This document shows, in pieces, positions 37,892 to 46,092 of a stretch of DNA of 64,000 nt. The notes under the pieces are model-generated. The model had not been told where the DNA came from and did not search any database. It was given only the letters and a program-made list of their open reading frames with translations. Source of the stretch: a virus; the IMG/VR virus record IMGVR_UViG_2932017207_000003, positions 1,193-65,192 of that record; one strand, written 5' to 3'. Positions within the stretch are counted from its first letter, which is position 1. The number at the start of each line of letters is the position of its first letter. The position numbers and the translations under genes were made by a program.

Positions 37892-37964
37892 TGCCTCCGC
37901 CAGGTTTTGAACCTGGGACCCGCCGATTAAAAGTCGGCTGCTCTACCAACTGAGCTACAGAGGC
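37892..37964 (-). tRNA. tRNA-Lys(TTT)
   Basis: GCCTCTG/CGGAGGC; GCCGA-CTTTTAA-TCGGC; canonical D and T arms. Confidence 0.93.
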
Positions 37965-38082
37965 TCAATAGGTCGCGCGTGCGACCTATTACGCTTTGCG
38001 CGTTGATCGACGCCGCTCAGGTGTCCCATCACTGGGACTTCGTAGAACCCCGGCGCCGGCAGGCAGACGCGCCCCTGCCCGG

Positions 38083-38173
38083 TTCCCCTGGCGGGACTTG
38101 AACCCGCGACCCGCGCCGAGTCGGACGATTGAATCCGACAGGGCACTGCGCTAACCACCTGCGCCACAGAGGA
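38083..38173 (-). tRNA. tRNA-Asp(GTC)-like gene with a 17-nt anticodon-loop insertion
   Basis: TCCTCTG/CAGGGGA acceptor, GCGC D-stem, GTGCC/GGCGC anticodon stem, GCGGG-TTCAAGT-CCCGC T arm; 24-nt loop CTGTCGGATTCAATCGTCCGACTC. Confidence 0.8.
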
Positions 38174-38349
38174 GCCCAGCTCTGGAGGCCGACCGACTTA
38201 ACGGGAGAGGCAATACCTCGGGACACCCCAGCAACTGGACGTATTCAGTTGTCAGCTACGGAACCGCGTTGGCAGTCCGTAGGGCTCGCCGCACCAAGTA
38301 CGACTACCCCGGCTCAACCTGAAAAAGGCATGCGCCAAGGATGAGGCCA

Positions 38350-38378
38350 ATAGTACCGATGCATACCGTTCACATCAA
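38350..38378 (-). promoter_or_regulatory. Sigma-A-type promoter for the tRNA operon
   Basis: TTGATG-17 nt-TACTAT on the minus strand. Confidence 0.75.
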
Positions 38379-38402
38379 CGGCATTCATACATGGTCGACC
38401 CC

Positions 38403-38442
38403 TTGCAGGTGTAGGTACACCCTGCTACGGTGTACCTACACC
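38403..38442 (+). promoter_or_regulatory. Sigma-A-type promoter overlapped by a 14-bp perfect inverted repeat
   Basis: TTGCAG-17 nt-TACGGT; arms GGTGTAGGTACACC (38408-38421) and GGTGTACCTACACC (38429-38442). Confidence 0.75.
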
Positions 38443-38460
38443 AACGAGAGGGGAAACACG

Positions 38461-38715
38461 ATGAGTACCAATGCCGCCCACGATCGCCTACATGAACTCG
38501 TCAGCACCCAATCCACCGAAGTCCTACTCGAATCACTCCGCCAACTGGGCCGCACCGCAGAGAGTGCCAGCCAGGATGAGATCGTTGTCGGAACGTGGAT
38601 CTTCGGTGAGCTAACCGAACGCCACCGCGACCAGATCGACCTCGACAGGCTCGACTACGACATGTACCAACGGGGCATGAGCGACGCCGATGCTATTGAA
38701 TCCCAGATCGCATAG
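38461..38715 (+). CDS. Hypothetical protein (84 aa)
   Basis: ATG after a GAGGGG RBS, downstream of the promoter. Confidence 0.7.
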   Translation: MSTNAAHDRLHELVSTQSTEVLLESLRQLGRTAESASQDEIVVGTWIFGELTERHRDQIDLDRLDYDMYQRGMSDADAIESQIA

Positions 38716-38796
38716 CTGCGAAACGACGCGAGGCCCCGACCCGGGTCTTACTCCTGCCGCTACGGTGTACACACACCCCCGCGAAAGGAACTGGCC

Positions 38797-38952
38797 ATGA
38801 GCAAGGGAACGACGCTTCGCAACATACGAATCAGTGACGAGCTGTGGGAGGCTGCCAAGCTTCGCGCCGAAGCCGAGGGGCGCACAGTCTCCGATGTAGT
38901 GCGAGAAGCGCTCACCGCCTATATCGCCCACTCCTCGCGGAAGTCGGGATGA
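38797..38952 (+). CDS. Ribbon-helix-helix (CopG/Arc-like) DNA-binding protein
   Basis: Manual translation MSKGTTLRNIRISDELWEAAKLRAEAEGRTVSDVVREALTAYI; AAGGA RBS. Confidence 0.8.
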   Translation: MSKGTTLRNIRISDELWEAAKLRAEAEGRTVSDVVREALTAYIAHSSRKSG

Positions 38953-39263
38953 TCCGAGTACACGGAGGCAAGGGCGCGCACTGTCATGCACGGGTATGGC
39001 TGGGTGTAGGCGATGACTTTGCCGTCTTCTTCCCAGACCCCATCGGAGTCGAGGCAGCGCAAGCACTGACCCTCAGCGTCAATGTGGTCATCAAGGATCT
39101 GCCGCTTCGCCTCCACCTCCCGCCCGATACGCACCGGTGTGTCCGCAAGGTTCCGGTACTGCGGTACACCACCAAATCTGGCTACAGCGAGGCCCTCGAT
39201 TTGCTGGGCTCGATTGCCATCCGCATCGAGGCGAGCGTGCAAGAACTCCACGATTTCGCTCAC
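38919..39263 (-). CDS. DUF6221-like protein
   Basis: VEFLHARLD...REVEAKR.IL...LRALA.VY.DHPD(F/Y)..EW pattern. Confidence 0.7.
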   Translation of the reverse strand: MSEIVEFLHARLDADGNRAQQIEGLAVARFGGVPQYRNLADTPVRIGREVEAKRQILDDHIDAEGQCLRCLDSDGVWEEDGKVIAYTQPYPCMTVRALASVYSDHPDFREEWAI

Positions 39264-39511
39264 TTTCGCGCCCTCTCCACTCGTGCCGGTAGCCGTGCGG
39301 GGAAGTGTTCTTCATCGGTGAGGTCGACGGTGAACGGCTCCCCTGAGGCGGTTTTCACCCACCAACCGCTCTGCAACCCGTACACCCGACCCTTGGCTCC
39401 CGCGGCCTTGTGGGCGAGGTCGAACGTCGAATGCCGCACCATATGCCGGCGCGTCCGACCATTGATCTCGTGCAGGACGACTGAAGACCACTCGCGATTC
39501 ACGTCAGTCAT
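39260..39511 (-). CDS. Hypothetical protein
   Basis: 83 aa, coupled. Confidence 0.55.
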   Translation of the reverse strand: MTDVNREWSSVVLHEINGRTRRHMVRHSTFDLAHKAAGAKGRVYGLQSGWWVKTASGEPFTVDLTDEEHFPARLPARVERARK

Positions 39512-39692
39512 TCAACACGTCGATGGTGAGTGGCTGCGCAAGCTCGTGCGGCGCCCCGGTGGATAGCCGCTGCCACTGTAGGCCGCGCTGGTAGGCGGCG
39601 GTCTGGTGTTCACTCGCAGCATCCAACGCCTCATTCAAGCTGTGGACAGGGATCACCCTCCCCGCCAACGAATAGCCGTACGGTGCGGTCAC
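39504..39692 (-). CDS. Hypothetical protein
   Basis: 62 aa, coupled. Confidence 0.45.
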   Translation of the reverse strand: MTAPYGYSLAGRVIPVHSLNEALDAASEHQTAAYQRGLQWQRLSTGAPHELAQPLTIDVLND

Positions 39693-40120
39693 AGGGTTCT
39701 CCTCGGGTACTGGAACGCCGCTGGGATTACTCGCAGCGAGGTAGGTGGCTCCGGCGGGGTGTCCGGTTCAGTGAGCCATTCGATGATCGACGGCAGGCTG
39801 TTCCACTGGCCCCAGTGCGAGTACAGCTCCTTCGAGGCGTCGGCGCATTCGATGAGGCACTCGAAGTCGTTCTCTTGCGTGAGGGTCGAGTAGCCGTACG
39901 AATGGGAGCGCTCCGTGACCGTCACCTCCGCGTCGGGTGGTGCCCCGAGTTTCCGGCGTACGTCGTCGGCCAGAGCGCCCGCGATGACACGCTGCACGCA
40001 CGCGGTATCGCAGCTGTACTCGGGCTCGCCTCGTGTCTGCGGTTCCTCCCACTCGGCGACCGGAGGATGGTCACGCGCGAACTGCTTCGCCTGATCAATC
40101 GGAACCTCGTGGTTCTTCAC
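39689..40120 (-). CDS. Hypothetical protein
   Basis: 143 aa in operon. Confidence 0.55.
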   Translation of the reverse strand: MKNHEVPIDQAKQFARDHPPVAEWEEPQTRGEPEYSCDTACVQRVIAGALADDVRRKLGAPPDAEVTVTERSHSYGYSTLTQENDFECLIECADASKELYSHWGQWNSLPSIIEWLTEPDTPPEPPTSLRVIPAAFQYPRRTL

Positions 40121-40121
40121 G

Positions 40122-40430
40122 TCACATCCTCCGCAGATGATTGACGATCTTGTGCATGTTTCGGTCGTGTCCCTCGAAGGCCTTCACGATGGATTCGTGG
40201 AATTGGTGGTGGGCCCACCAGTCCACGATGTGTGCCCCGCAGTCGGTGCAGATGCCGGGAGGCAGGGACCTGAAGGACTGCTCCTCGCGCTTGAGCTTCC
40301 CGAAGAAGTCGTTGAGCCAGTCCTTGTTGAGCAGCTTCTGGGCGTCCGGCAGCCCGAGGATGCGACGCATCTCCTCATACTGGATTGAGTAGCCAGGCTC
40401 GCCTGGTCTCGGCTCACGCGGCAACGTCAC
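40122..40430 (-). CDS. Hypothetical protein with C-terminal Cys/His motif
   Basis: GTG overlaps the upstream stop; C..CGA......H..FH. Confidence 0.55.
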   Translation of the reverse strand: MTLPREPRPGEPGYSIQYEEMRRILGLPDAQKLLNKDWLNDFFGKLKREEQSFRSLPPGICTDCGAHIVDWWAHHQFHESIVKAFEGHDRNMHKIVNHLRRM

Positions 40431-40909
40431 TTCACCCTCCTGGTGGGTCCGTACTTGTTGCGGCGGGTACGTGCAGGGTTGTTCGCCCACGGTGGCGGGG
40501 TGTGGCTCGGTCGCCGGATCGTGGGATGCAGCGGGTGCGGGCGCTGATCGTCGGACGTCACCCAGTCCGCGCCCAAGAGCGGGTTGTCGGGTATTCGCCA
40601 CGGCTTGAACGGCACAGTGTGTTCGCGGATGAACGCGCACTGGTCGAGGACGGTGGCGCGTTCTTCGGAGGTGAGCCATTCGATAGCGTCGAGTGCTGCA
40701 TTCTCGTCGAACGCACTATCGGTACCGAGCGCGTCCCGCCACACCAAGTAGCGGATCGTTTGCAGCGGCCCGCGCACCTCACGCACGGACGGGAACTGAT
40801 CCGGGCCATTGCCAACGGTAATCAGGTCCGTCGGCTGAGTGAGACGACGGATCGTCAACTGGATAACAGGATTCCACTCCCCCGACCATGACGCGGGTGA
40901 TGCAGTCAC
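40427..40909 (-). CDS. Hypothetical protein
   Basis: 160 aa, coupled. Confidence 0.55.
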   Translation of the reverse strand: MTASPASWSGEWNPVIQLTIRRLTQPTDLITVGNGPDQFPSVREVRGPLQTIRYLVWRDALGTDSAFDENAALDAIEWLTSEERATVLDQCAFIREHTVPFKPWRIPDNPLLGADWVTSDDQRPHPLHPTIRRPSHTPPPWANNPARTRRNKYGPTRRVK

Positions 40910-41136
40910 AGCTCCTCCATATCGTCGTGTCCGAACGCGCTGATGAGTAAGACGGTTTCGACGTCATCGCGGCCGTTGTCTCTGCGCACGTACATCCAGT
41001 GCTTGTGCCGCTCGATCTGGCCCTGGAACGTGTACGCGAACGCTTCGTCGAAGTCGAACGATTCATTGTCATCGGTCACGACGACAGTGGATGGCGGTAG
41101 CTTCGCGAGCTTGGCGATCAGTTCTCCGACCGTCAC
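40906..41136 (-). CDS. Hypothetical protein
   Basis: MTVGELIAKLAKLPP..VV, a common phage small-protein pattern. Confidence 0.65.
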   Translation of the reverse strand: MTVGELIAKLAKLPPSTVVVTDDNESFDFDEAFAYTFQGQIERHKHWMYVRRDNGRDDVETVLLISAFGHDDMEEL

Positions 41137-41393
41137 GATGCTGTCCTATGTTCGGGCGCGTAGGCGCGGAGGTCTTCCCACATGATCCGAGCCATGTAGC
41201 CGGGCACACTGTGGCTGGCTGGCACGATCTTCCAGCCATCCGGGCCGGTCGGATACTCGCTGTCACGTTTCAGGATCCGCGTTCGATTCGACGCCGGCAC
41301 CTGGTACTGGCTGCGTTCCGTCCAGTCGATGCTGCCGTCAGCCTGCACCCAGCCGTGCTCCACAATCTGCATCAACGTGCACTCATCGGCCAT
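41133..41393 (-). CDS. Hypothetical protein
   Basis: 86 aa, coupled to Pnkp. Confidence 0.55.
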   Translation of the reverse strand: MADECTLMQIVEHGWVQADGSIDWTERSQYQVPASNRTRILKRDSEYPTGPDGWKIVPASHSVPGYMARIMWEDLRAYAPEHRTAS

Positions 41394-42301
41394 CAGAAGT
41401 CACCGTCCTGCACCTGGAAGCACTTCAGGCCAATTCCCCGCCACATCTCGACGACCTGCCGTCGATCGTCAAAGACCCCGAGAACGTTGTAGGAGTGGCG
41501 GACATGTTCGTTGAACAGTTCGTACTTGACGATGGAGTCGCGCCGCTTGTCGCCCGCGGCTCGCATGTAGAGGGCGTCGAATCGGACCTTGTTGTCCTGC
41601 AACCAGGCTGCGGTTTCGGCACGGCAGTCGTCGTCGCGGCCGGACATGACAATGATCGACGCGCCTGTCATCTCCAGCCGACGCACTACGCCGGCGACCG
41701 ACTGGTCGAGTGTGTCCTCCCCGACCCGGCTGTAGTCGTAGATGTCGCGGTCGCTCTTGTGGGCGAGGGTTCCGTCGATGTCCACGATGTAGGCGCGCGG
41801 CAGGTCAGGGTTGGGTACGTACGCTTCCAAGTCGATCTGCAGGGTCGGCGCTGGCACGATGGGCTGCCACGCTTTGATGGGGAAGCGTTTCGCCATCGTC
41901 CGGATGACGTCTTCGGGTACGAGCCGGCCACCAGCATCGGCTCGGGCCTTGTTGCGGCGGATGCACTCGTCTGCGTCGAGACGGAAGTCGACGACCTGGA
42001 AGTCCGCACCGACTTCGACGGCAAGGTTCGCGATCTCGCGGGTGTACTTGGCGCGGAGGTTGGTGTCGTCGAAGATCACCGACACACCGTTCGACAGGAG
42101 ATTGCGGGCGGAGGTGTGCTGAACGATGGTGACGTTCCGCTCCTGCAAATAGGTACCCCGCCCTGTCACGCCGAACAGGGACTTGCGGAGGTCGTCACGG
42201 TTCAGATGCACCCACTCCTCGGGGTTCTCGGCGACCTTGGCCTGCGCCCATGAACTCTTCCCAGATCCGGGGTATCCGCGGGTGATGATCAGTTCGGTCA
42301 T
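41393..42301 (-). CDS. Polynucleotide 5'-kinase/3'-phosphatase (T4 Pnkp-like)
   Basis: RGYPGSGKS P-loop, NRDDLR, DDTNL; HAD motif DIDGT, SGRDD, FDDR. Confidence 0.92.
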   Translation of the reverse strand: MTELIITRGYPGSGKSSWAQAKVAENPEEWVHLNRDDLRKSLFGVTGRGTYLQERNVTIVQHTSARNLLSNGVSVIFDDTNLRAKYTREIANLAVEVGADFQVVDFRLDADECIRRNKARADAGGRLVPEDVIRTMAKRFPIKAWQPIVPAPTLQIDLEAYVPNPDLPRAYIVDIDGTLAHKSDRDIYDYSRVGEDTLDQSVAGVVRRLEMTGASIIVMSGRDDDCRAETAAWLQDNKVRFDALYMRAAGDKRRDSIVKYELFNEHVRHSYNVLGVFDDRRQVVEMWRGIGLKCFQVQDGDF

Positions 42302-43380
42302 GCCGCGTTTCCGATGCTGGTCATGTAGGTGTCTCCTGCTGGTTTGATGGCACGCCAGATCGCGGCGTCGAGTTTGGCGTGGTTGGCGTCGAGCATCATG
42401 AACAGGTACGGCCGCAGGTCCGGATGCTTGGAGGCTTCGAGCGCGAACGTCTTCCGGTCCATGTACGGGTCGCCGTCGGTGATGTCGATGTAGGCGGTGC
42501 GAGCCTTGGTCCACAGTGCAGTGAACTCGGCGTTGAGGCGTGCGCGAATCGACTCGCACCACGGGTGGAACTCGTCCGGAACAACGGAAACGAACTCGTC
42601 CCAGCGGTCGTTCGCGAGGGCTTCCCACACGCTGCGTTCCGTCAGTCCGGTGACGATCTTGTGGAGTGCGACGTAGTCGTCCTGCTTGATCTTCACGCGC
42701 TGCCCGGTGTCGGTGAAGCGGACCACGAGACCTTCAGCGTTCGGGCGCGGTTCAGCAGCCAGAGCTTCATGCAGCGTTCGGTGCGAGAAGCGTTCCGCCC
42801 GGCTCGCGGGCCAATCGACGTCCATCCAGTCCGGAAGATCTGCGCCGGTCTCTGTGTCGACGACACCGAGCAGGATGAGGTCTTCCCGCTGCCCGTAGTC
42901 GAGGACGATGCGGTTCTGCGGATAGATGATCTCGAACAGGTATGTCAGACCAGGTTCGGGCAACCATCCGTCGCGCAGGTGGTTCCAGTAGTACTGGTCC
43001 GCCCACTGGGCCTGCTCACTCTGGAAGCTGCCACGGGTAGCGATCCTGAACTGGTCCGCACCATCAAGCCAACCGATTCCAAGGCTTCCATCGGCCTTGT
43101 CGGTGACTTCTACGGGTGCGTCGAGGTCGAGGTTGCCGGCTTCGGGTTGGTTGTGGTTGAAGAACTTCGACCACGGTCGCGCCTGGATATTGCCGCCGAC
43201 ATCGGTGATGAGGCCACGGCATTGGCGGGTGGCGTCGTTCCACACTCCGCCGTACTGCGCCGCCTCCGTGTACGAGTACAGGATGAATGGCTCGATGGGA
43301 TGCCGCTTCTGGCGGATGTAGCCTTCGCTGATCATGGCGGCGAGCAGGCCGGGATCCATGAGTTGATCGATGTGGGTCAC
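42298..43380 (-). CDS. RNA ligase (T4 Rnl1-like)
   Basis: RQCRGLI, KFFN, KADGS adenylation motif, ATRGSF.S.QA, FEII, EGLVV, RVKIK..DY. Confidence 0.9.
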   Translation of the reverse strand: MTHIDQLMDPGLLAAMISEGYIRQKRHPIEPFILYSYTEAAQYGGVWNDATRQCRGLITDVGGNIQARPWSKFFNHNQPEAGNLDLDAPVEVTDKADGSLGIGWLDGADQFRIATRGSFQSEQAQWADQYYWNHLRDGWLPEPGLTYLFEIIYPQNRIVLDYGQREDLILLGVVDTETGADLPDWMDVDWPASRAERFSHRTLHEALAAEPRPNAEGLVVRFTDTGQRVKIKQDDYVALHKIVTGLTERSVWEALANDRWDEFVSVVPDEFHPWCESIRARLNAEFTALWTKARTAYIDITDGDPYMDRKTFALEASKHPDLRPYLFMMLDANHAKLDAAIWRAIKPAGDTYMTSIGNAA

Positions 43381-43467
43381 GCGGAATCTCCCTACGTGTT
43401 GACTGTAGGCAACAGTGTAGCGCGTACCGAACTTGTTGCGTAGGGGGAACCGCGAGACCTATCGGGG

Positions 43468-43665
43468 CTATTCGCGTACGAGTTTGGTGCCGTTGGTGAT
43501 TACGGTTTTGGTTCCGCAGGATGCGCAGCGGGCTTCACTCGTGAACCCGGTGATGCCGCCGTCTTTGTCGAGGAGGACCGCGACATCGAACCAGGTTTCC
43601 CCGCACCCGCACACGAGCCCGTCGTAGGGCGGGCCGTCAGGAAACAACTGCCGTACATTACTCAT
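43468..43665 (-). CDS. Small zinc-finger-like protein
   Basis: CGCG...C..CG. Confidence 0.5.
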   Translation of the reverse strand: MSNVRQLFPDGPPYDGLVCGCGETWFDVAVLLDKDGGITGFTSEARCASCGTKTVITNGTKLVRE

Positions 43666-43889
43666 CGGACGCAGCCTCGTTCCTGCTCGTCGAAAGCCCT
43701 GTTTGCTTGCAGCCGTGCATAGTCGATCGCCTCACCCCAGCTAGGGAATCCTGCGATGACGACATAGTCAATGTGCATGTCCTCGTACACGAGCCACTTC
43801 GGTCGTTCCGGCCAGCCCCGGCGGACCCGCTGCATCCAGTTCTCAGGCCGCTTACGCACCAAGTATCGACTGTTCATATCTGCCCCCAC
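43662..43889 (-). CDS. Hypothetical protein
   Basis: 75-aa ORF in operon. Confidence 0.5.
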   Translation of the reverse strand: MGADMNSRYLVRKRPENWMQRVRRGWPERPKWLVYEDMHIDYVVIAGFPSWGEAIDYARLQANRAFDEQERGCVR

Positions 43890-44182
43890 TCGCGAGGTGG
43901 CCGCTTCACCGCTTCTGGGTAACCCACCTTCGCCCGGGCGGCTTCGATGCCGGCTTCGTCGCTTCCGTAATCCTGGGGGTGGTAGTACTCGCGGGCGACG
44001 ACCTGGTTTCGCCGGTAGATGGTGACGTAGCCGCCGCCGTCGAAGCTACCTGCGGAGACGACATCCCACTCGTACCCGTTCAAGTAGGTGTCGAGATGCT
44101 GACGAAGCTCCGCCGTCTCAGGCTCGTGCGCGAGATGCTTCAACACCAGCTCGGCCTGCACGTCAGTCAGTGTGAACGTCAT
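43874..44182 (-). CDS. Hypothetical protein
   Basis: 102 aa, coupled. Confidence 0.55.
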   Translation of the reverse strand: MTFTLTDVQAELVLKHLAHEPETAELRQHLDTYLNGYEWDVVSAGSFDGGGYVTIYRRNQVVAREYYHPQDYGSDEAGIEAARAKVGYPEAVKRPPREWGQI

Positions 44183-44952
44183 GCTGTCACCTTCCCCTGT
44201 AGGTCTGACAGGTCAATGAATGCGAGGTTGTGGACCATGGGTTCGCCGTCGTGGGCGAGGCCGTGAACGTGGGTGGTGTAGCCGTCGCCATGCAGTAGGT
44301 CGTCGTATCGGACGTGGTAGTGCCAGTGCCACAGGTGTCGGGGCTGGACGGCATCGACGACCGCCCGGAGTAGGTCGCGGTGCTGGTCGGCTGCCCTGAT
44401 CTCCATCTCCGGGAAGCCGTACGGGTTGCCGTCGATCCCCGGGATCGTGACACCGGTCGGGGCGTCGTGGCAGATCATTACGTCCGCCGGCCCGCCCAGG
44501 ATCACGTCGTTGGCTTGGTCGAATGTGATCGCCTCCTCCGGCCACCACGACTTCCCAGGTGTCCGCCACGGCTTGTCCACGGAATGCGCGCCACCGAGAG
44601 CCAGGAACGAGATGTCGCCCCACTGCCAGCGGTAGCCACGGTGTAGGTGCAGGATCCTCGGGCGCATGTAGGTGACACCTTGCGCGCCCTGCTGCAGTGC
44701 TGCCGTCCGGAGGCGGTAAAAGTCCTCATGATTCCCGTCAACGAACCCCAACACCATGTTGTGGTGTGCGAGTGCGTCATCGACATCGTTCATGAACCTT
44801 CGGTCGAACGTGTACCCGAAGTCCCCGACGTGGAGGATCGCATCCGCGCCCGCGTCGACGGCTACACGGATCGCCCTCACTGCATGGCGCCCGTTCATGT
44901 GCCAATCCCCCGCCACCGCAATCCGGTTCGGGGTTTCCAGGAACGAGCGCAT
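44179..44952 (-). CDS. Calcineurin-like metallophosphoesterase
   Basis: GDWH, VGDFG, DGNHED, GGAHSVD, CHDAP, HWHYH motifs. Confidence 0.88.
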   Translation of the reverse strand: MRSFLETPNRIAVAGDWHMNGRHAVRAIRVAVDAGADAILHVGDFGYTFDRRFMNDVDDALAHHNMVLGFVDGNHEDFYRLRTAALQQGAQGVTYMRPRILHLHRGYRWQWGDISFLALGGAHSVDKPWRTPGKSWWPEEAITFDQANDVILGGPADVMICHDAPTGVTIPGIDGNPYGFPEMEIRAADQHRDLLRAVVDAVQPRHLWHWHYHVRYDDLLHGDGYTTHVHGLAHDGEPMVHNLAFIDLSDLQGKVTA

Positions 44953-45167
44953 CACGTGTCCTTGGTGGTCGGGGTGTCTTCGTACATCCATGCGGTGCCG
45001 CCGTGTTCGTCGATCCAGCGGCCCAAAACCAAAGGCTTGTCGCCGGGTTCGACGTAGTCGCCGTCCCGGAGTTCGATGTGCAGGTGCACGTCCGATGGCT
45101 GTTCACCCAGCGCGTTGAGCGCTGCGGTCAGGCGTGCGATGTAATCAAGAATCTCAGCGTTATACAT
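44952..45167 (-). CDS. Hypothetical protein
   Basis: 71 aa, coupled. Confidence 0.5.
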   Translation of the reverse strand: MYNAEILDYIARLTAALNALGEQPSDVHLHIELRDGDYVEPGDKPLVLGRWIDEHGGTAWMYEDTPTTKDT

Positions 45168-45169
45168 GC

Positions 45170-45499
45170 TTACGAGGTCTCCTCAGCGGTTGCTGGATCC
45201 CATTCGCCGTAGTAGACGTGGCGGCGTACCAGGGATGGGTTGTTGTCCCACGTGTCGATCAACGCTTCGGCTTCCCACCGATACATCGGCGCCGTGGCTT
45301 TCCGTCCGCCAGTGATGACGTCCCGCTCTACCGCGTACTCGACTTCGATGTGACCGGAGTCAGCGAGTGCGGCTACAACATGTTCGGCGAGGTCGTCGAC
45401 GGTCATTGTGTTCGGGAACGCGCCCCACAGATGTCCGTCCAGACTCTGATCAGTCAGCTTCTCCCGCAGAGCCGAGGCCACAGTGTCTTCCATCGTCAT
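45170..45499 (-). CDS. Hypothetical protein
   Basis: 109 aa in operon. Confidence 0.5.
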   Translation of the reverse strand: MTMEDTVASALREKLTDQSLDGHLWGAFPNTMTVDDLAEHVVAALADSGHIEVEYAVERDVITGGRKATAPMYRWEAEALIDTWDNNPSLVRRHVYYGEWDPATAEETS

Positions 45500-45617
45500 T
45501 CCATTGCCTCGCAGTCGCAGTCGAGTCCGTCTTTGGGGTTCATTTCGCCATGCAGGCAGCGGCCGACCCACAACTCGTGGGCGTAGTCAGCGTGCCCACA
45601 GTTTCGGCAGGTGAACA

Positions 45618-45896
45618 TCAGTTCCCCATCGAATCGTGGTGGCTGTACCAGGCGGACCGGCTGACTTTGCCGGCCTTCACCGCGATCGGGAGGCGTCCGC
45701 AGTGCCAGCCCGATCCAGAGTTGCAGCGGTAGACGTGCCGGACCTCGTCATGCAGTTGCCGGGCGGCTTGTTTCGCGTCCTTCTTGACGGGGTAGGTGCG
45801 TTTCCCGCAGTCATGGCACGTGTACCAGTTACGACCGCCGCGACACGACGGACTCCGCACCTCAGCGAACCTCACGGCTCGCCCCCTTGTCGTCAC
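45618..45896 (-). CDS. Zn-binding hypothetical protein
   Basis: C..CGKR.Y...DAK.AA...Y.C....WH. Confidence 0.55.
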   Translation of the reverse strand: MTTRGRAVRFAEVRSPSCRGGRNWYTCHDCGKRTYPVKKDAKQAARQLHDEVRHVYRCNSGSGWHCGRLPIAVKAGKVSRSAWYSHHDSMGN

Positions 45897-46086
45897 ACCC
45901 GCATGTCGGGGTGTGCCGGTTCCCGTGTTTGCCGTCGGACCCGATGGGACGGTGCTCGCGTAGCACGTCGATGAGGTACTGCATCTCGTTGCGGGTGAGC
46001 TGATCCGGCGCGAGCGCCTGCTGGGCGCACAGGTTCTCGATCAGCATCTTCGGGCACCACACGCGTGTCGGGTAGTCGGCTGTCAT
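45862..46086 (-). CDS. Hypothetical protein
   Basis: 74 aa; HRP.GSDGKHG..HT.TCGC. Confidence 0.55.
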   Translation of the reverse strand: MTADYPTRVWCPKMLIENLCAQQALAPDQLTRNEMQYLIDVLREHRPIGSDGKHGNRHTPTCGCDDKGASREVR

Positions 46087-46092
46087 GGCCGG

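Noticed and set aside
38118-38141. Canonical bulge-helix-bulge splice motif, or a UCA (Sec/opal suppressor) anticodon in the insert
   Set aside because: Possible folds give a 2x2 internal loop or a bulge on the wrong strand. TTCAA sits at the tip of an over-long arm, and the body lacks tRNA-Sec features.
38200-38320. Fifth tRNA in the operon leader
   Set aside because: It has TTGGT and GGTTCC-like words but no acceptor stem or consistent cloverleaf.
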